A stretch of 64,000 bases of DNA from a virus: the IMG/VR virus record IMGVR_UViG_3300045988_171858. One strand, 5' to 3'. This document shows positions 37,486-47,600 of the stretch, piece by piece. The notes below the pieces were generated by a model that saw nothing but the letters and a program-made list of their open reading frames with translations, ran no database searches and was not told where the DNA came from. Position 1 is the stretch's first letter, and each line of letters opens with the position of its first letter. Made by a program: the position numbers and the translations under genes.

Positions 37486-38237
37486 TAGAGCAACCGGATT
37501 TAAGAGACCCATATGAACTTGCACTAAAAGAACTTATTCAGCTTTCCAATAGAAAGGCAATCGAATCAAAGCCTTTGGAGCAAGTATTTGAAGAGCGTGC
37601 AGGATTAACGATTGACAATTTTATGGAATCGCTATATCCTCTATTCAAATCAGAAGGGCTTCTCATCGAAAATGAATCAGACTTTGGTCCATACGACCCG
37701 AACAAGTTTTACTTCACTGAAATTTTCCCTGACCAGCCAGATGACACGCCGGTTCAAAATGTTGTAACGTGGGAAATCTCACGAAGAGAACCGGCCCTCT
37801 TTGATTCAAAAGTAGTACAAGGTGGGACTAAGCAATATAGGCCAGTGCTACTTGGTCAAGTAAAGACCAATCAAAACCGACTAGCTGTTGTCTATGAAGC
37901 AATGTACGATAACTTAGTTAGTTTTACAGCCTGGTCTACAAGTGCTAGGGATGCAAGAAGGTTAGCTTCAACTCTGGAGAATTTGTTTCTAAAATTTAAT
38001 CCCCAATTTAAACGGGCGGTTAGATATATGGTCTACAAAGGCAGGTCGTCTACCATTAACACCGACCATTATAAGAACCGGAGACTATTTGGAGTTACAC
38101 TTTCCTATCTCATAGGAACAGCAGAACCTGGGTTCATCAAACAGGACGAGATTGTAGCAATTAAAACCTATAGTCAAGTCGTTGACTCCCTAAAAAATAG
38201 GGAAGTAGAAAAAATAACACAATTGATAGATAAATGA
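37482..38237 (+). CDS. hypothetical protein immediately upstream of the sheath (tail terminator/completion position)
   Basis: 251-aa ORF. The call rests on position only. Confidence 0.65.
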   Translation: MIEQPDLRDPYELALKELIQLSNRKAIESKPLEQVFEERAGLTIDNFMESLYPLFKSEGLLIENESDFGPYDPNKFYFTEIFPDQPDDTPVQNVVTWEISRREPALFDSKVVQGGTKQYRPVLLGQVKTNQNRLAVVYEAMYDNLVSFTAWSTSARDARRLASTLENLFLKFNPQFKRAVRYMVYKGRSSTINTDHYKNRRLFGVTLSYLIGTAEPGFIKQDEIVAIKTYSQVVDSLKNREVEKITQLIDK

Positions 38238-38249
38238 TAAGGTAAATAA

Positions 38250-40505
38250 ATGGCCACATATCAACACTTGCCAGGTGTAAACCTAGAGCTTCTGGATGGT
38301 AACCTTCGCATCGACCAAACCGATAGCTCTCCTCGCGTACTTATTATCGGTCGCGCAGAAAAAGGTCTGACCAACGCCCTGTATCCAGTAACTGACACTA
38401 ACCGTGCAGCCGCTGTCTTCGGTCAAGACTCTCCGCTAATCCGCAAGATGTCAGAAGCTCTTATCGGCGGCGCCCGTCGTGTTTCCCTATACCGTATTGG
38501 CGGTAAACAAGCCAAACTGAAAAACATCTTCGGTAAAGACAGCTATCTGGCTGCAGTAGAAGCATCAGTATCTGCCGTTGACAATCTTAAAGTCTACGTC
38601 GGTCCGCGCCCTAGCAATGATGGCAAGGCCTGCTTGATCGTTTTCAAAGGTAGCGAAATCGTCTACTCTAACGTTCCAGGTTCTGAAATCAACCGCAACC
38701 AAGTTGAAGTTTTCGGTTTTGACCCTGACACCAAGGTTAAAATCGGTACTCCTACCGAACCAGTTCCATTCTCCGAAGTAATTCTTAAAGAGTACACCCG
38801 TACTGCTAAGTTCGTCGGCAATGGTACTACAACCAAATTCTCTCTGCCCGGCGTTACTAAAACTGACAACGTAACAGTTAAAACTCTGACTGTTGACGGC
38901 GAAACTAAAAACTCCGGCTCAGACTTCTCTGTCAAAATCGACAAAACAAACTCTTCTCAATACGTTGAGTTCAACACTGCCCCTGAAGCAACTAAAGAAA
39001 TCCAAGTTCTTTATGCTTTCAAATCTAGCGGTAAAGTTGCCGGTTCTGCAGTATTCGTAGGTAACGGTTCTAAAACTGAATTTATCCTGCCTGGCACTAA
39101 GAAAGAGTATGAAGTTACTCTGGATGTTGTTAAAGTTGCTGGTCAAGACAAATCTGGCGAAGCTTCTGTTCAAGACGACAGCGCCGGTTCTGACACCAAA
39201 GTTCTGGAACTGACCGAAGCTCCTACCGATCAAAGCTCAGTTATCGTTGAGTACACCATCGATGCTAAACGCGAAGCCGTTACAGGTGAATACGAAGAAG
39301 GTGAAGATAACATCAACACCACCTGGAAAAACTACTATGAGTTGCTCCACACTGCTCTGGCAGAGTTGGAATCTGTTAATGCAATCTCTGTTGTTACCGA
39401 CTACGCTGTAATCGATGCTCCAAATATTGCCGATGGCTCTAACGACCTCGACCGTTTGGATTACGTTTACGTTTCAGAAGACAATGGCGAATTGAAATAC
39501 GAATGGTCAACCGAGAAAGTTCTGTACCGTAAAAACCGTGGCACTGCTACTACTGCCAATCCGGCTGAGGCAGACATTAACGGTAACGGCCAACCAATCG
39601 TTCATCGTCGCTACCACGAAGCAAACTTCGCTCACTTGCTGGCTAACTTTGCCAACACCATTTCTGAGAACGAGCAATTCTGTCTGGTAACTATCGGTGC
39701 GACAATGCCTCGTTCATTGTCTCAATACGAAGTTAACCGCTGGATTGGTTCTCCTGCCACTTACGATGCCTTGGGCAATATCGTTTCTAACGGTACAGGC
39801 CTGCTGGGCTTGCGCAATATGGTTGAGCGTGCTGACACCCGCCGCGGCTTCTATAAAACTATTTCTGGTTTCGTAGATGGCGCTATTGTAACCGACTCTA
39901 ATGGTGCACCAATCAACATTGGTAAATTCCTGTCTGTTGTTCCGCAAGTAATCGTAACTCCTTCATACTCTTCTGCCGGTTCTAACACTATCGTTACCAA
40001 CGGTGCAGCAGTTTATGCTGGTCTGATTACTACAATCGACGCCAGCGTATCTACCACTAATATGTTGATTCCTCGCATCTCGCTGCCAGGCGAAATCAAG
40101 AAACTGAAACTGGACCAATTGACTGGTGCTGGTTATGTCTTCTTCAAGACTACCAACAACAACGTCCGCGTGGTTTCTGGCGAGCTGGCTACAACTGCCG
40201 ATTCAGACTACCGTCTGCTTTCAACTACTATGGCCGTTGCCGAGGCTTCCAACGCCGTCCGTGACGTCGTTCAACCGTTCATCGGTCGAGGCCTGACAGA
40301 GGCTACTCTTGCTGCTGTTGACGTAGCAATCGAGGGCGCTCTGCAACGTCTGGTTGAGCAAGGACACATTGTGAAATATCTGCATGTAGTAAATCAACGT
40401 CCTATCGTTAACGGACGTGCAAGTCTGGACGTAGCTCTGACTATCGTTCCTGCATTTGAACTGCGTGAGATTAACGTAGCCGTTAAACTGGCTCTAGAAA
40501 TCTAA
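38250..40505 (+). CDS. contractile tail sheath protein
   Basis: The N-terminus (YQHLPGVNLELLDG...PRVLIIGRAEKG...AAVFG...GGARRVSLYRIGG) fits the usual sheath N-terminal pattern. Codon usage indicates high expression and the gene is followed by tube genes. An internal tandem ~81-aa insertion-domain pair spans aa 188-345. Confidence 0.75.
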   Translation: MATYQHLPGVNLELLDGNLRIDQTDSSPRVLIIGRAEKGLTNALYPVTDTNRAAAVFGQDSPLIRKMSEALIGGARRVSLYRIGGKQAKLKNIFGKDSYLAAVEASVSAVDNLKVYVGPRPSNDGKACLIVFKGSEIVYSNVPGSEINRNQVEVFGFDPDTKVKIGTPTEPVPFSEVILKEYTRTAKFVGNGTTTKFSLPGVTKTDNVTVKTLTVDGETKNSGSDFSVKIDKTNSSQYVEFNTAPEATKEIQVLYAFKSSGKVAGSAVFVGNGSKTEFILPGTKKEYEVTLDVVKVAGQDKSGEASVQDDSAGSDTKVLELTEAPTDQSSVIVEYTIDAKREAVTGEYEEGEDNINTTWKNYYELLHTALAELESVNAISVVTDYAVIDAPNIADGSNDLDRLDYVYVSEDNGELKYEWSTEKVLYRKNRGTATTANPAEADINGNGQPIVHRRYHEANFAHLLANFANTISENEQFCLVTIGATMPRSLSQYEVNRWIGSPATYDALGNIVSNGTGLLGLRNMVERADTRRGFYKTISGFVDGAIVTDSNGAPINIGKFLSVVPQVIVTPSYSSAGSNTIVTNGAAVYAGLITTIDASVSTTNMLIPRISLPGEIKKLKLDQLTGAGYVFFKTTNNNVRVVSGELATTADSDYRLLSTTMAVAEASNAVRDVVQPFIGRGLTEATLAAVDVAIEGALQRLVEQGHIVKYLHVVNQRPIVNGRASLDVALTIVPAFELREINVAVKLALEI

Positions 40506-40511
40506 GATAAA

Positions 40512-40531
40512 GGAGGGGCACTAGCCCCTCC
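40512..40531 (+). terminator. GC-rich hairpin after the sheath gene (partial terminator or attenuator)
   Basis: GGAGGGGC (40512-40519), loop ACTA, then GCCCCTCC (40524-40531). The downstream T-tract is weak (AATTT). Confidence 0.35.
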
Positions 40532-40550
40532 AATTTAAACCAGGAATATT

Positions 40551-41255
40551 ATGTCAGATTTTGTTACATATAATGCCACCACCTCTGGTGTCGATATTAC
40601 ACCTGTACTAGCCGGTAAACCAATCGGCACTATGCAGATGATTTCATATCGTCTTGACCGTGAGAAACTTCCTATTCACACTATGGGGTCTCCAGATGCT
40701 CGTGCAATTGCTCGTGGTAAACGTACTTGTATGGGTTCTTGCGTATTCACAGTATTTGACCGTGAAGCTCTGTTTGACATCATGGATGAGATGGGTCGTT
40801 CAGACGTGTGGTTGGGTAAACATGAAACCGCTAACTATCGCCGCGGTGGTGCTTATAAACACCTGAACAATGGTCAATATCAAGACGCTATCCCAGAAGC
40901 TGCTCGTAACGCCATTTATGGTTCAACCGATCCTAAAGCTAACAACGGCATTCGCGGTGGCGGCACCTTGAATCCAGAATACGGTAAACTGGACTTGAAC
41001 ACCTCTCAAGGTATTCGTTCAGGCCTGCGTGACCTAACCAAGGCCCGCCTGGCAGACCAAATTCTCCCATTCGATATCGTATTGGCTTCCACTAACGAAT
41101 TTGGTAGCTCTACTAAAATGACCATCTACGGCGTAGAGTTCGTATCCGAATCCGGTGGTATTTCTATCGACGACTTGACCACTGAGAAACAATATTCATT
41201 TATTGCCCGCTCAGTATCTCCATGGGAACCGATGGATACCTTTAACTCTCGTTAA
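40551..41255 (+). CDS. tail tube protein
   Basis: 234 aa directly after the sheath, with biased codons. Segments such as GTMQMISYRLDREKLPIHTMGSPDARAIARGKRTCMGSCVF and PFDIVLASTNEFGSSTKMTIYGVEFVSE are shared with the next two genes. Confidence 0.65.
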   Translation: MSDFVTYNATTSGVDITPVLAGKPIGTMQMISYRLDREKLPIHTMGSPDARAIARGKRTCMGSCVFTVFDREALFDIMDEMGRSDVWLGKHETANYRRGGAYKHLNNGQYQDAIPEAARNAIYGSTDPKANNGIRGGGTLNPEYGKLDLNTSQGIRSGLRDLTKARLADQILPFDIVLASTNEFGSSTKMTIYGVEFVSESGGISIDDLTTEKQYSFIARSVSPWEPMDTFNSR

Positions 41256-41285
41256 TACTTAAATCTATTCTCCTACAGGTGTAAT

Positions 41286-42674
41286 ATGCAAGATTATAAA
41301 AATCAGCCATTACACAAGGAAGAATATCATTCTGTGGGTGGCGATGCCACCCACATTATTTTTAACTTCCCTGGATACGGCTATCTTTACATGGGCAGTC
41401 TTCTTTCACTGTCTTATCAAATATTCAGAGACAAAGTCCCAGTCTATAATTTGGGCAACACAAATATCGACGGCTTTGCTATTGGTAAACGATACGTAGC
41501 AGGGTCGATTGTCAAAACATCATTCCTACACGACGACCTGCGCCAATTCATGCAAGATATTGCAGACGGCATTGGTATTAAAGAACCGGTCGACTCTATC
41601 TATCAATTAAAACTCGAAAAGCAAAAGGCTTATCATCACCTAATGGCAGATGACATCCTTCCTTTCGATATCATTATTCTTCTAAGTTCAGAGTATGGCG
41701 CCTTCTCCGTATCAGAAGTTATATACGGCGCAACGTTAATCAATTCTGGGCAAGTCCACTCAATTCACGACATCATTACCGAAAATACACTTTCCTTTGT
41801 TGCTAGGGATGCCAGACAAACGCGCAATAAAATTGGCAGTGCTGTTTATGGTGAAGCCAAACATAACGGCGTAAAGGCTTCACAGCTATCAGGAGAGAAT
41901 GTAAACTATAATAACGGTGACTCATCATATTATTACGACAGATGGAATCAATCCGTTAATGATGCAGTCAAAAAAGGCACATGGTCACAAGACGAAATTA
42001 ATCGTATTAACGCTTATTCTCAGCTTGCAGGTAATGGCACACAGGCCAACGTCCCTCAAAGCTATCTGGATGCAGCCAGAGAGGAATATCGCAAACAAGG
42101 CGCAACAGATGCTCCGGACAGTGCATCGGGTTCTAAGCCATCGGGTTACGATGGTGCATACCTAGATAAAAATAGTTTCAAGTCCAGTAAAAATGGGTTT
42201 GAAGTAGAGGACGGCGATACCGTCAAAGTTAATGCAAGGAAAAGTGACGGCACAGAATACCGCTCTAAAAATGAGGATGGCAGAACTTCTCTTCGTTTTA
42301 TGGGTATTGACACACCAGAGACTGACCACCAAAAGAATAAGGGTCAACCATACGGACAAGAGGCCGCAGATTTCCTTAAAAAATATGTCCAAGATGGCAA
42401 GTGGGACAAAGATATTGAAGACGGCGTAACCAAGGTTGTTGGAACAGATACTTATGGGCGTAAGTTATTCTACAATCCTAGGTATATAGAATCAGCAGTA
42501 GAGTCAGGAATGGCATGGTTTAGACCTGAAAGTGCCAGACAGGCTGGTATGTCCACCGAAGATATTAACCGTATCAAGCAGAAATACCACAAAGCAAAGG
42601 CCGGCAAAGTCGGACTATGGGGCGGAGACAAGATCGTTGATCCTGCAATACACAGAAAGACATGGGATAAATAA
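41286..42674 (+). CDS. tube-protein paralogue fused to a staphylococcal-nuclease (SNase/thermonuclease) domain
   Basis: The N-terminal half parallels the tube protein: PFDIIILLSSEYGAFSVSEVIYGATLINSGQVHSIHDIITENTLSFVARDA against PFDIVLASTNEFGSSTKMTIYGVEFVSESGGISIDDLTTEKQYSFIARSV. The C-terminus (about 42198-42671) carries DGDTVKV, LRFMGIDTPE, YGQEAADFLKKYV, DTYGRKL and KVGLWGG, matching the conserved SNase motifs. Confidence 0.8.
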   Translation: MQDYKNQPLHKEEYHSVGGDATHIIFNFPGYGYLYMGSLLSLSYQIFRDKVPVYNLGNTNIDGFAIGKRYVAGSIVKTSFLHDDLRQFMQDIADGIGIKEPVDSIYQLKLEKQKAYHHLMADDILPFDIIILLSSEYGAFSVSEVIYGATLINSGQVHSIHDIITENTLSFVARDARQTRNKIGSAVYGEAKHNGVKASQLSGENVNYNNGDSSYYYDRWNQSVNDAVKKGTWSQDEINRINAYSQLAGNGTQANVPQSYLDAAREEYRKQGATDAPDSASGSKPSGYDGAYLDKNSFKSSKNGFEVEDGDTVKVNARKSDGTEYRSKNEDGRTSLRFMGIDTPETDHQKNKGQPYGQEAADFLKKYVQDGKWDKDIEDGVTKVVGTDTYGRKLFYNPRYIESAVESGMAWFRPESARQAGMSTEDINRIKQKYHKAKAGKVGLWGGDKIVDPAIHRKTWDK

Positions 42675-43612
42675 TGGCTAAGTCAAAATATAATATCTCA
42701 AACACCAGCGATGGCGTTCAAGTATCTGTTGATGGGAACCGAGCCGAAGAACATTCTCGGGAATATAATATTGGTCTTGAATATGCTCTCGCTAAAAATC
42801 TCGCTCCTGGTAAAACTGTATCAGTTGATAAAACTATAATCGAGAAGATGTACCCAAAGGTACAGGATACAAGAAAAGGTCCTACCACATTTAAGCCAAA
42901 GGGCGTTCCGAAGGCTACTGGTAAAACCGATCCAATAGACAATATGTCAGCCATCTCTGCAAAGGGAAGAGGCAAACAGGTTAATCTTAACCCCGGAGAA
43001 ACGGACAGGGAAAGAGCCTTGGCGCATAGTAAAGTTCAGACTGCATCATACGATGGGTTGTACACCAAATACTATTCGTCTAGTGATTTTAATCTGTATA
43101 TTGGAGATATTTTAATTGACCGGGCGGCCGGTGTTGCTGTTGGAGAATCACTAACAAGCATACCTATTTACACTATTGGCAATAGTAGATACGACTTCCT
43201 AGCCAGAGGCAATGTAATCGTCAACGGTATTATTAGAATCAATAAAGCGGAGAAAGATTACCTTGCAAGGGTAATTGCACACTACCGCGGCCGGACAAAC
43301 GAATTTAAGATTCTTAGCTCATATGAACAGCTCCAGCTTACATCCGAAGAGCTTGCAAAATACCGCAAGCAGTTAAAGGAATACCAAAACGAACAGGTAT
43401 CGGCCAAATCTGTATTAGACTGGGCAGACCTAGGAAGCTTTACTATTCATATGGTCTATAATAACTCTGACGCTGTTACAGAGGGTGTTCAACAACGCAT
43501 ATCTATTGTAGAATGTAGAATAGTTGGATATGAACATTCAGTAGATATCGGCTCAGACGGCCAATTAATTGATGGATACAAATTCATCGCTAAAGAGGTA
43601 ATTCCAGAATGA
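42674..43612 (+). CDS. third tube-family paralogue
   Basis: 312 aa. FNLYIGDILIDRAAGVAVGESLTSIPIYTIGNSRYDFLARG and the C-terminal ISIVECRIVGYEHSVDIGSDGQLIDGYKFIAKEV parallel the tube protein. Confidence 0.5.
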   Translation: MAKSKYNISNTSDGVQVSVDGNRAEEHSREYNIGLEYALAKNLAPGKTVSVDKTIIEKMYPKVQDTRKGPTTFKPKGVPKATGKTDPIDNMSAISAKGRGKQVNLNPGETDRERALAHSKVQTASYDGLYTKYYSSSDFNLYIGDILIDRAAGVAVGESLTSIPIYTIGNSRYDFLARGNVIVNGIIRINKAEKDYLARVIAHYRGRTNEFKILSSYEQLQLTSEELAKYRKQLKEYQNEQVSAKSVLDWADLGSFTIHMVYNNSDAVTEGVQQRISIVECRIVGYEHSVDIGSDGQLIDGYKFIAKEVIPE

Positions 43613-44094
43613 GAGTTGAAAGAATTGAAGGGTTGGAGTCGCTACATCCAGACGAACTCTCCCCTGATGAACACGAGCAGTTAGCTCAGGCTAAAGAAAA
43701 TGCCGAGGAAGAGCGAAAGGAACAGACGGATATCGACATCCTCCTTGATGCTCTTTCCGACAAAGAAGATGCCCCAAAGATTTATGACATTGAAGCATGG
43801 CTTGAAAAATATGGTACAATTCATGTATCGTCAGTTTTGGGCGGCAAGGATATTTTTATCTGGCGTGTATTAAGACGACAAGAATATTCCAATATGATTA
43901 AACAGGGAATGATGGACAATGAAATTCGCGCAGAAGACTCAGTAGTTCGCCGTTGCCTATTGTACCCAGAAGCCAAACAAGAGTTTCTAACAACCGCTCC
44001 TGCAGGTTTTATTTCAACATTGAAAGAACAAATCATGTATCGCTCAGGATTTGTTCCACTGCAGCAAGCCTATTCGCAAATTAAGATCCTGTAA
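43609..44094 (+). CDS. hypothetical protein (tail assembly chaperone position)
   Basis: 161 aa with an acidic N-terminus. The call rests on position between the tube genes and the giant proteins only. Confidence 0.6.
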   Translation: MRVERIEGLESLHPDELSPDEHEQLAQAKENAEEERKEQTDIDILLDALSDKEDAPKIYDIEAWLEKYGTIHVSSVLGGKDIFIWRVLRRQEYSNMIKQGMMDNEIRAEDSVVRRCLLYPEAKQEFLTTAPAGFISTLKEQIMYRSGFVPLQQAYSQIKIL

Positions 44095-44624
44095 TGAGTG
44101 CATTAGATTTGAAGACGGGGACAGTTGTTATCCCCTTTAATAACACCCCTATTCAAATCGAGGGGCAAATGTTTAAAAACCTATCTGTTCTAGCTAGACT
44201 AATGTCTATGACCGAATTAGATAGGGCCATGAGAATCAACATTGAAGATGCTGCAACAGAAGATGAGCTGTATGAAGAAATCTTCAAGTCCTGCGTTATT
44301 GATGTCCCAGGTATTCCAAAGGGCGTTGATTACAATAATTCCTCAGCCGGATTTGTATCAACAGTTGGCAAAATAATCTTTATAAAATCAAAGGAATACG
44401 TAGAAGACCCGTTCAAAGCATACGATAGAGCAGTGGAATCTGTCCCTATGGTAGAGGCAATGGCGGCAGTAATATCAAGGTTTCTTGGCATCAAATACAC
44501 AGAAGCAAAAAGTCTCCCCATTAACGACCTCTTCGAGATGTATGCGGCTTGCCATGTTGCATTTCCCAATGAGGTTGCCCCAATTGTCAAACAAGAGGAA
44601 GAAAGGGTTGGTCCTCCAGCATGA
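44094..44624 (+). CDS. hypothetical protein (tail assembly chaperone position)
   Basis: 176 aa, with a TAATG stop/start overlap to the previous gene. Confidence 0.6.
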   Translation: MSALDLKTGTVVIPFNNTPIQIEGQMFKNLSVLARLMSMTELDRAMRINIEDAATEDELYEEIFKSCVIDVPGIPKGVDYNNSSAGFVSTVGKIIFIKSKEYVEDPFKAYDRAVESVPMVEAMAAVISRFLGIKYTEAKSLPINDLFEMYAACHVAFPNEVAPIVKQEEERVGPPA

Positions 44625-47600
44625 TAACATCTAATATTGGGTGGTCGGCCCTTAACGATTACAGAGACCGCAGAGAGGAAAGAATTGCTCACCGCAGAGT
44701 CTTGATGGATGCTCAAACAGTTGAGGAAAATAAATCCGAGCAAGAGGCCAGGGACATTGTAGGCTCTGTCGTAAAATACGGATTAACTCTGGAAGGCCTC
44801 GTATTGGCTAACAGAGCACTTAAAAATAAAGAAGTACAACGGAAGGTTGAGCGTTATGTAAACCTAAGCTACCTATCTGATTCTATCAGAGGTACGAAAC
44901 AGGACGCTCTAAATGTCTTCGGTGGCGGGAAAGTTACCTTAGCAAACTTGTCTATGAACGTGGCAAGGGCGTTCGAGGAACTTTCCCCTTTTTCTATTTT
45001 AAGAACCTTTAATACTTCCCATATTATCACTCCATTCTCTACCGTAGAATCTGAATTTGAATTCTCCTCCGATTTGCTAAAGGGGCAGAAAAGATACTTA
45101 AAATTCTTAGCATCAAAATACGGAGAGCGAGAATTAACAGACGCCGACTTTGATGTTGGGCTCAAATATTCGAAGGGTAAACTACTAGACGCATCGGACA
45201 ATGTAGTAATCGAAAATGCAAGACTTACTTTAACAGAGTTTGCAGGCACGGAACCGGGGCACTCAGCAACATCTAACTATAATAAAGTCCTGCGTAGACA
45301 TATAGCCGTTGGGGAAGGAGCATCGTTCCTATCCAGAAGAGAGATTGGCGACCTAGCGAGGAACGTCCCTACGCATACTCCATTTACAATTATTGCAGCA
45401 GATAAAAATGCAAATATTGGAAAAGAGTGGATGAAGTCTGTTGTTGGGCAGGCAATAGCTCAGGGTTTTAACATGGTCAATGAACCACTTGGGTTCATAG
45501 AAGAAACCGGCGGCACCTTGATTAATAGGAACTCAACACTCTTTAAACTGATTCGCAAATATGGCAGAATTAATCCAAATGCAACATCCGAATCAACAAT
45601 TAAGGAATTAGCAACCGGATATGCCAGACATGGCACAATGAAACTCGCAGGATTGGCAGCCGGGTTCTATGCATTGGACAATGCCTCCAGATTGATAGGT
45701 ACAGACGACTCAGGATTCGGTCATGGCATCCTCGAAGGACTATCAACAACATTCCTCGGCGCGAAACTCCTATATGCAGAGACTGTATCAGACAGGTTTG
45801 AAGAATACAGACAAGAGCAAGAGTATGTAGCACCAGGTTCAACTTCTCTGTTAAAACTAGCAGGCTTCCCTCTGGCTGGAGCAATGTTTGGTGGTACAAT
45901 CGCTTACGGCAGACGTGCAATCCCAACAGCGTTGGCAAATAATGGGTATATCAGCTCAACAATAGAGGCTGCAAGAGAAAGCTTTATATTCGGTCGCGGC
46001 GTAGCGACACTCGCAGCTAATACGCCAATACAAGATGCAGTAGCAGTAGGCACAAGGGCTAAACGATTTGCAACAAGAGGCGCGGCAATCGGTGCATTAT
46101 TTGCACTACCATTTCTCCCTGGTGCATTGATAGGCGAAAGTAGTGATGAAGTAAGGGCCGAATATCTGGAAGGCAAAGATGTAGCTATCCGTAAAAACAG
46201 AGGATGGTTCTCATCGTCAACACCAATAGAAGGTGAGGGTGTAAAATATTTCACCAAGAATTGGTATCAAAGATTGATGGCTGATAATAAAGACAAGATT
46301 CTTTATGGGGATAAAGACACAGAAGAAGATCTGAATCCATTCCTAAGTCCATTCGACTATCTAAGAAATCCATACCGCTTCGAACAAATGCACGAAGGAG
46401 ATATGCCATATCCTGTATGGGGCATGGACGTATCTATGGGCGGCTGGATTGGTCGCGGGTTTCAAATGGCCTTTGGCGACGCTATCAAGCCTGACCTGAT
46501 CAATCCAAGGATGGAAGCTCTCACACAAGAGATGCAGGACTCTGGTGAGCCTGACATTATTCCAACACTATCAATAACCCAAAATGTTTCAAATAAACGA
46601 CTATCGCTTATTGGTGATGGCAAAGCAACATATGGCGAGTTGGCTAAGTATGACCCTAATACAGAGTCAGCAAACTATATTGTATCTTCTGGTCTAGACT
46701 TCGTAGGTCTTAAAGGCTGGGCAGTATCAGGTGTGCTAAAAGACTTCGGTATAGGTATGCCGGACTTAAAAACACAATATGCACGCTCGGGAGAAGCCAC
46801 AAATATCGCCAGAGAGTTTGAAGCACAGAACCTCGGTGGTATGTTAGGTTCGGCGGACGTTATACGACGTATCATTCCAATGTCAGCAGACGTCACAGGA
46901 GAGCGTTTCAATCCGTTAAAAAATACTGCTGCTCCAGACTGGCTACCAAAAGGAGATTACTTCAACGACTTCTCAAGGGGCGCATTCTGGGATAAGGTAG
47001 AAAACGGATACGACAGGCTTCCTGGTAAGGGATACGAAACATGGAATCCAGAGCTATCTGACATTGACCCCAACGACTATCCAGACATCGACAAATTCAA
47101 AATCCTATCAGACGTAGCATTCGGCAGTAACGAATACTATAAAATGTATGAGAAGATGGAGGATTTGTATCGCAGGAAAGTCGCCGGAGAAGAAACCGAG
47201 CTTTCAGACGAAGACGCTGCAAGATTCGAAGAGATTTATATTCAATCCCAGGAACGCTCCAGGAAGAAGCGCTTCTTCGAATACAAGACAGACGAAGAGC
47301 TTGAAGGTATTTCAATGTGGGGCAGAATGCTGGGCTCCATATGGGAAAGTACAACCCATAATGCAGAGCTTTCAACAGAACGTCTGACATTCTTCCGGCC
47401 GGCGGGCAAGCTATTGCACCAAAGAACAGCAATAGAAGATTACGTCAAAACTCAACTATCCGAAGGCGACACTGCACTCTGGAACAAGCCATACGAACAC
47501 TTCATTAGGCCATTCGTAGAAGACTCATACAAGTACATAGACTCAGAGCATGTACCGGAATATATCCAAGAGCGAAGAAACGTAGACAACTACTTCGATG

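Noticed and set aside
43609-44624. Looked for a programmed -1 frameshift joining the two chaperone-position genes, as in many tail assembly chaperone pairs.
   Set aside because: The genes are separated by a normal TAATG stop/start overlap. I saw no slippery heptamer with an extended overlapping frame, so they are treated as two separate genes.
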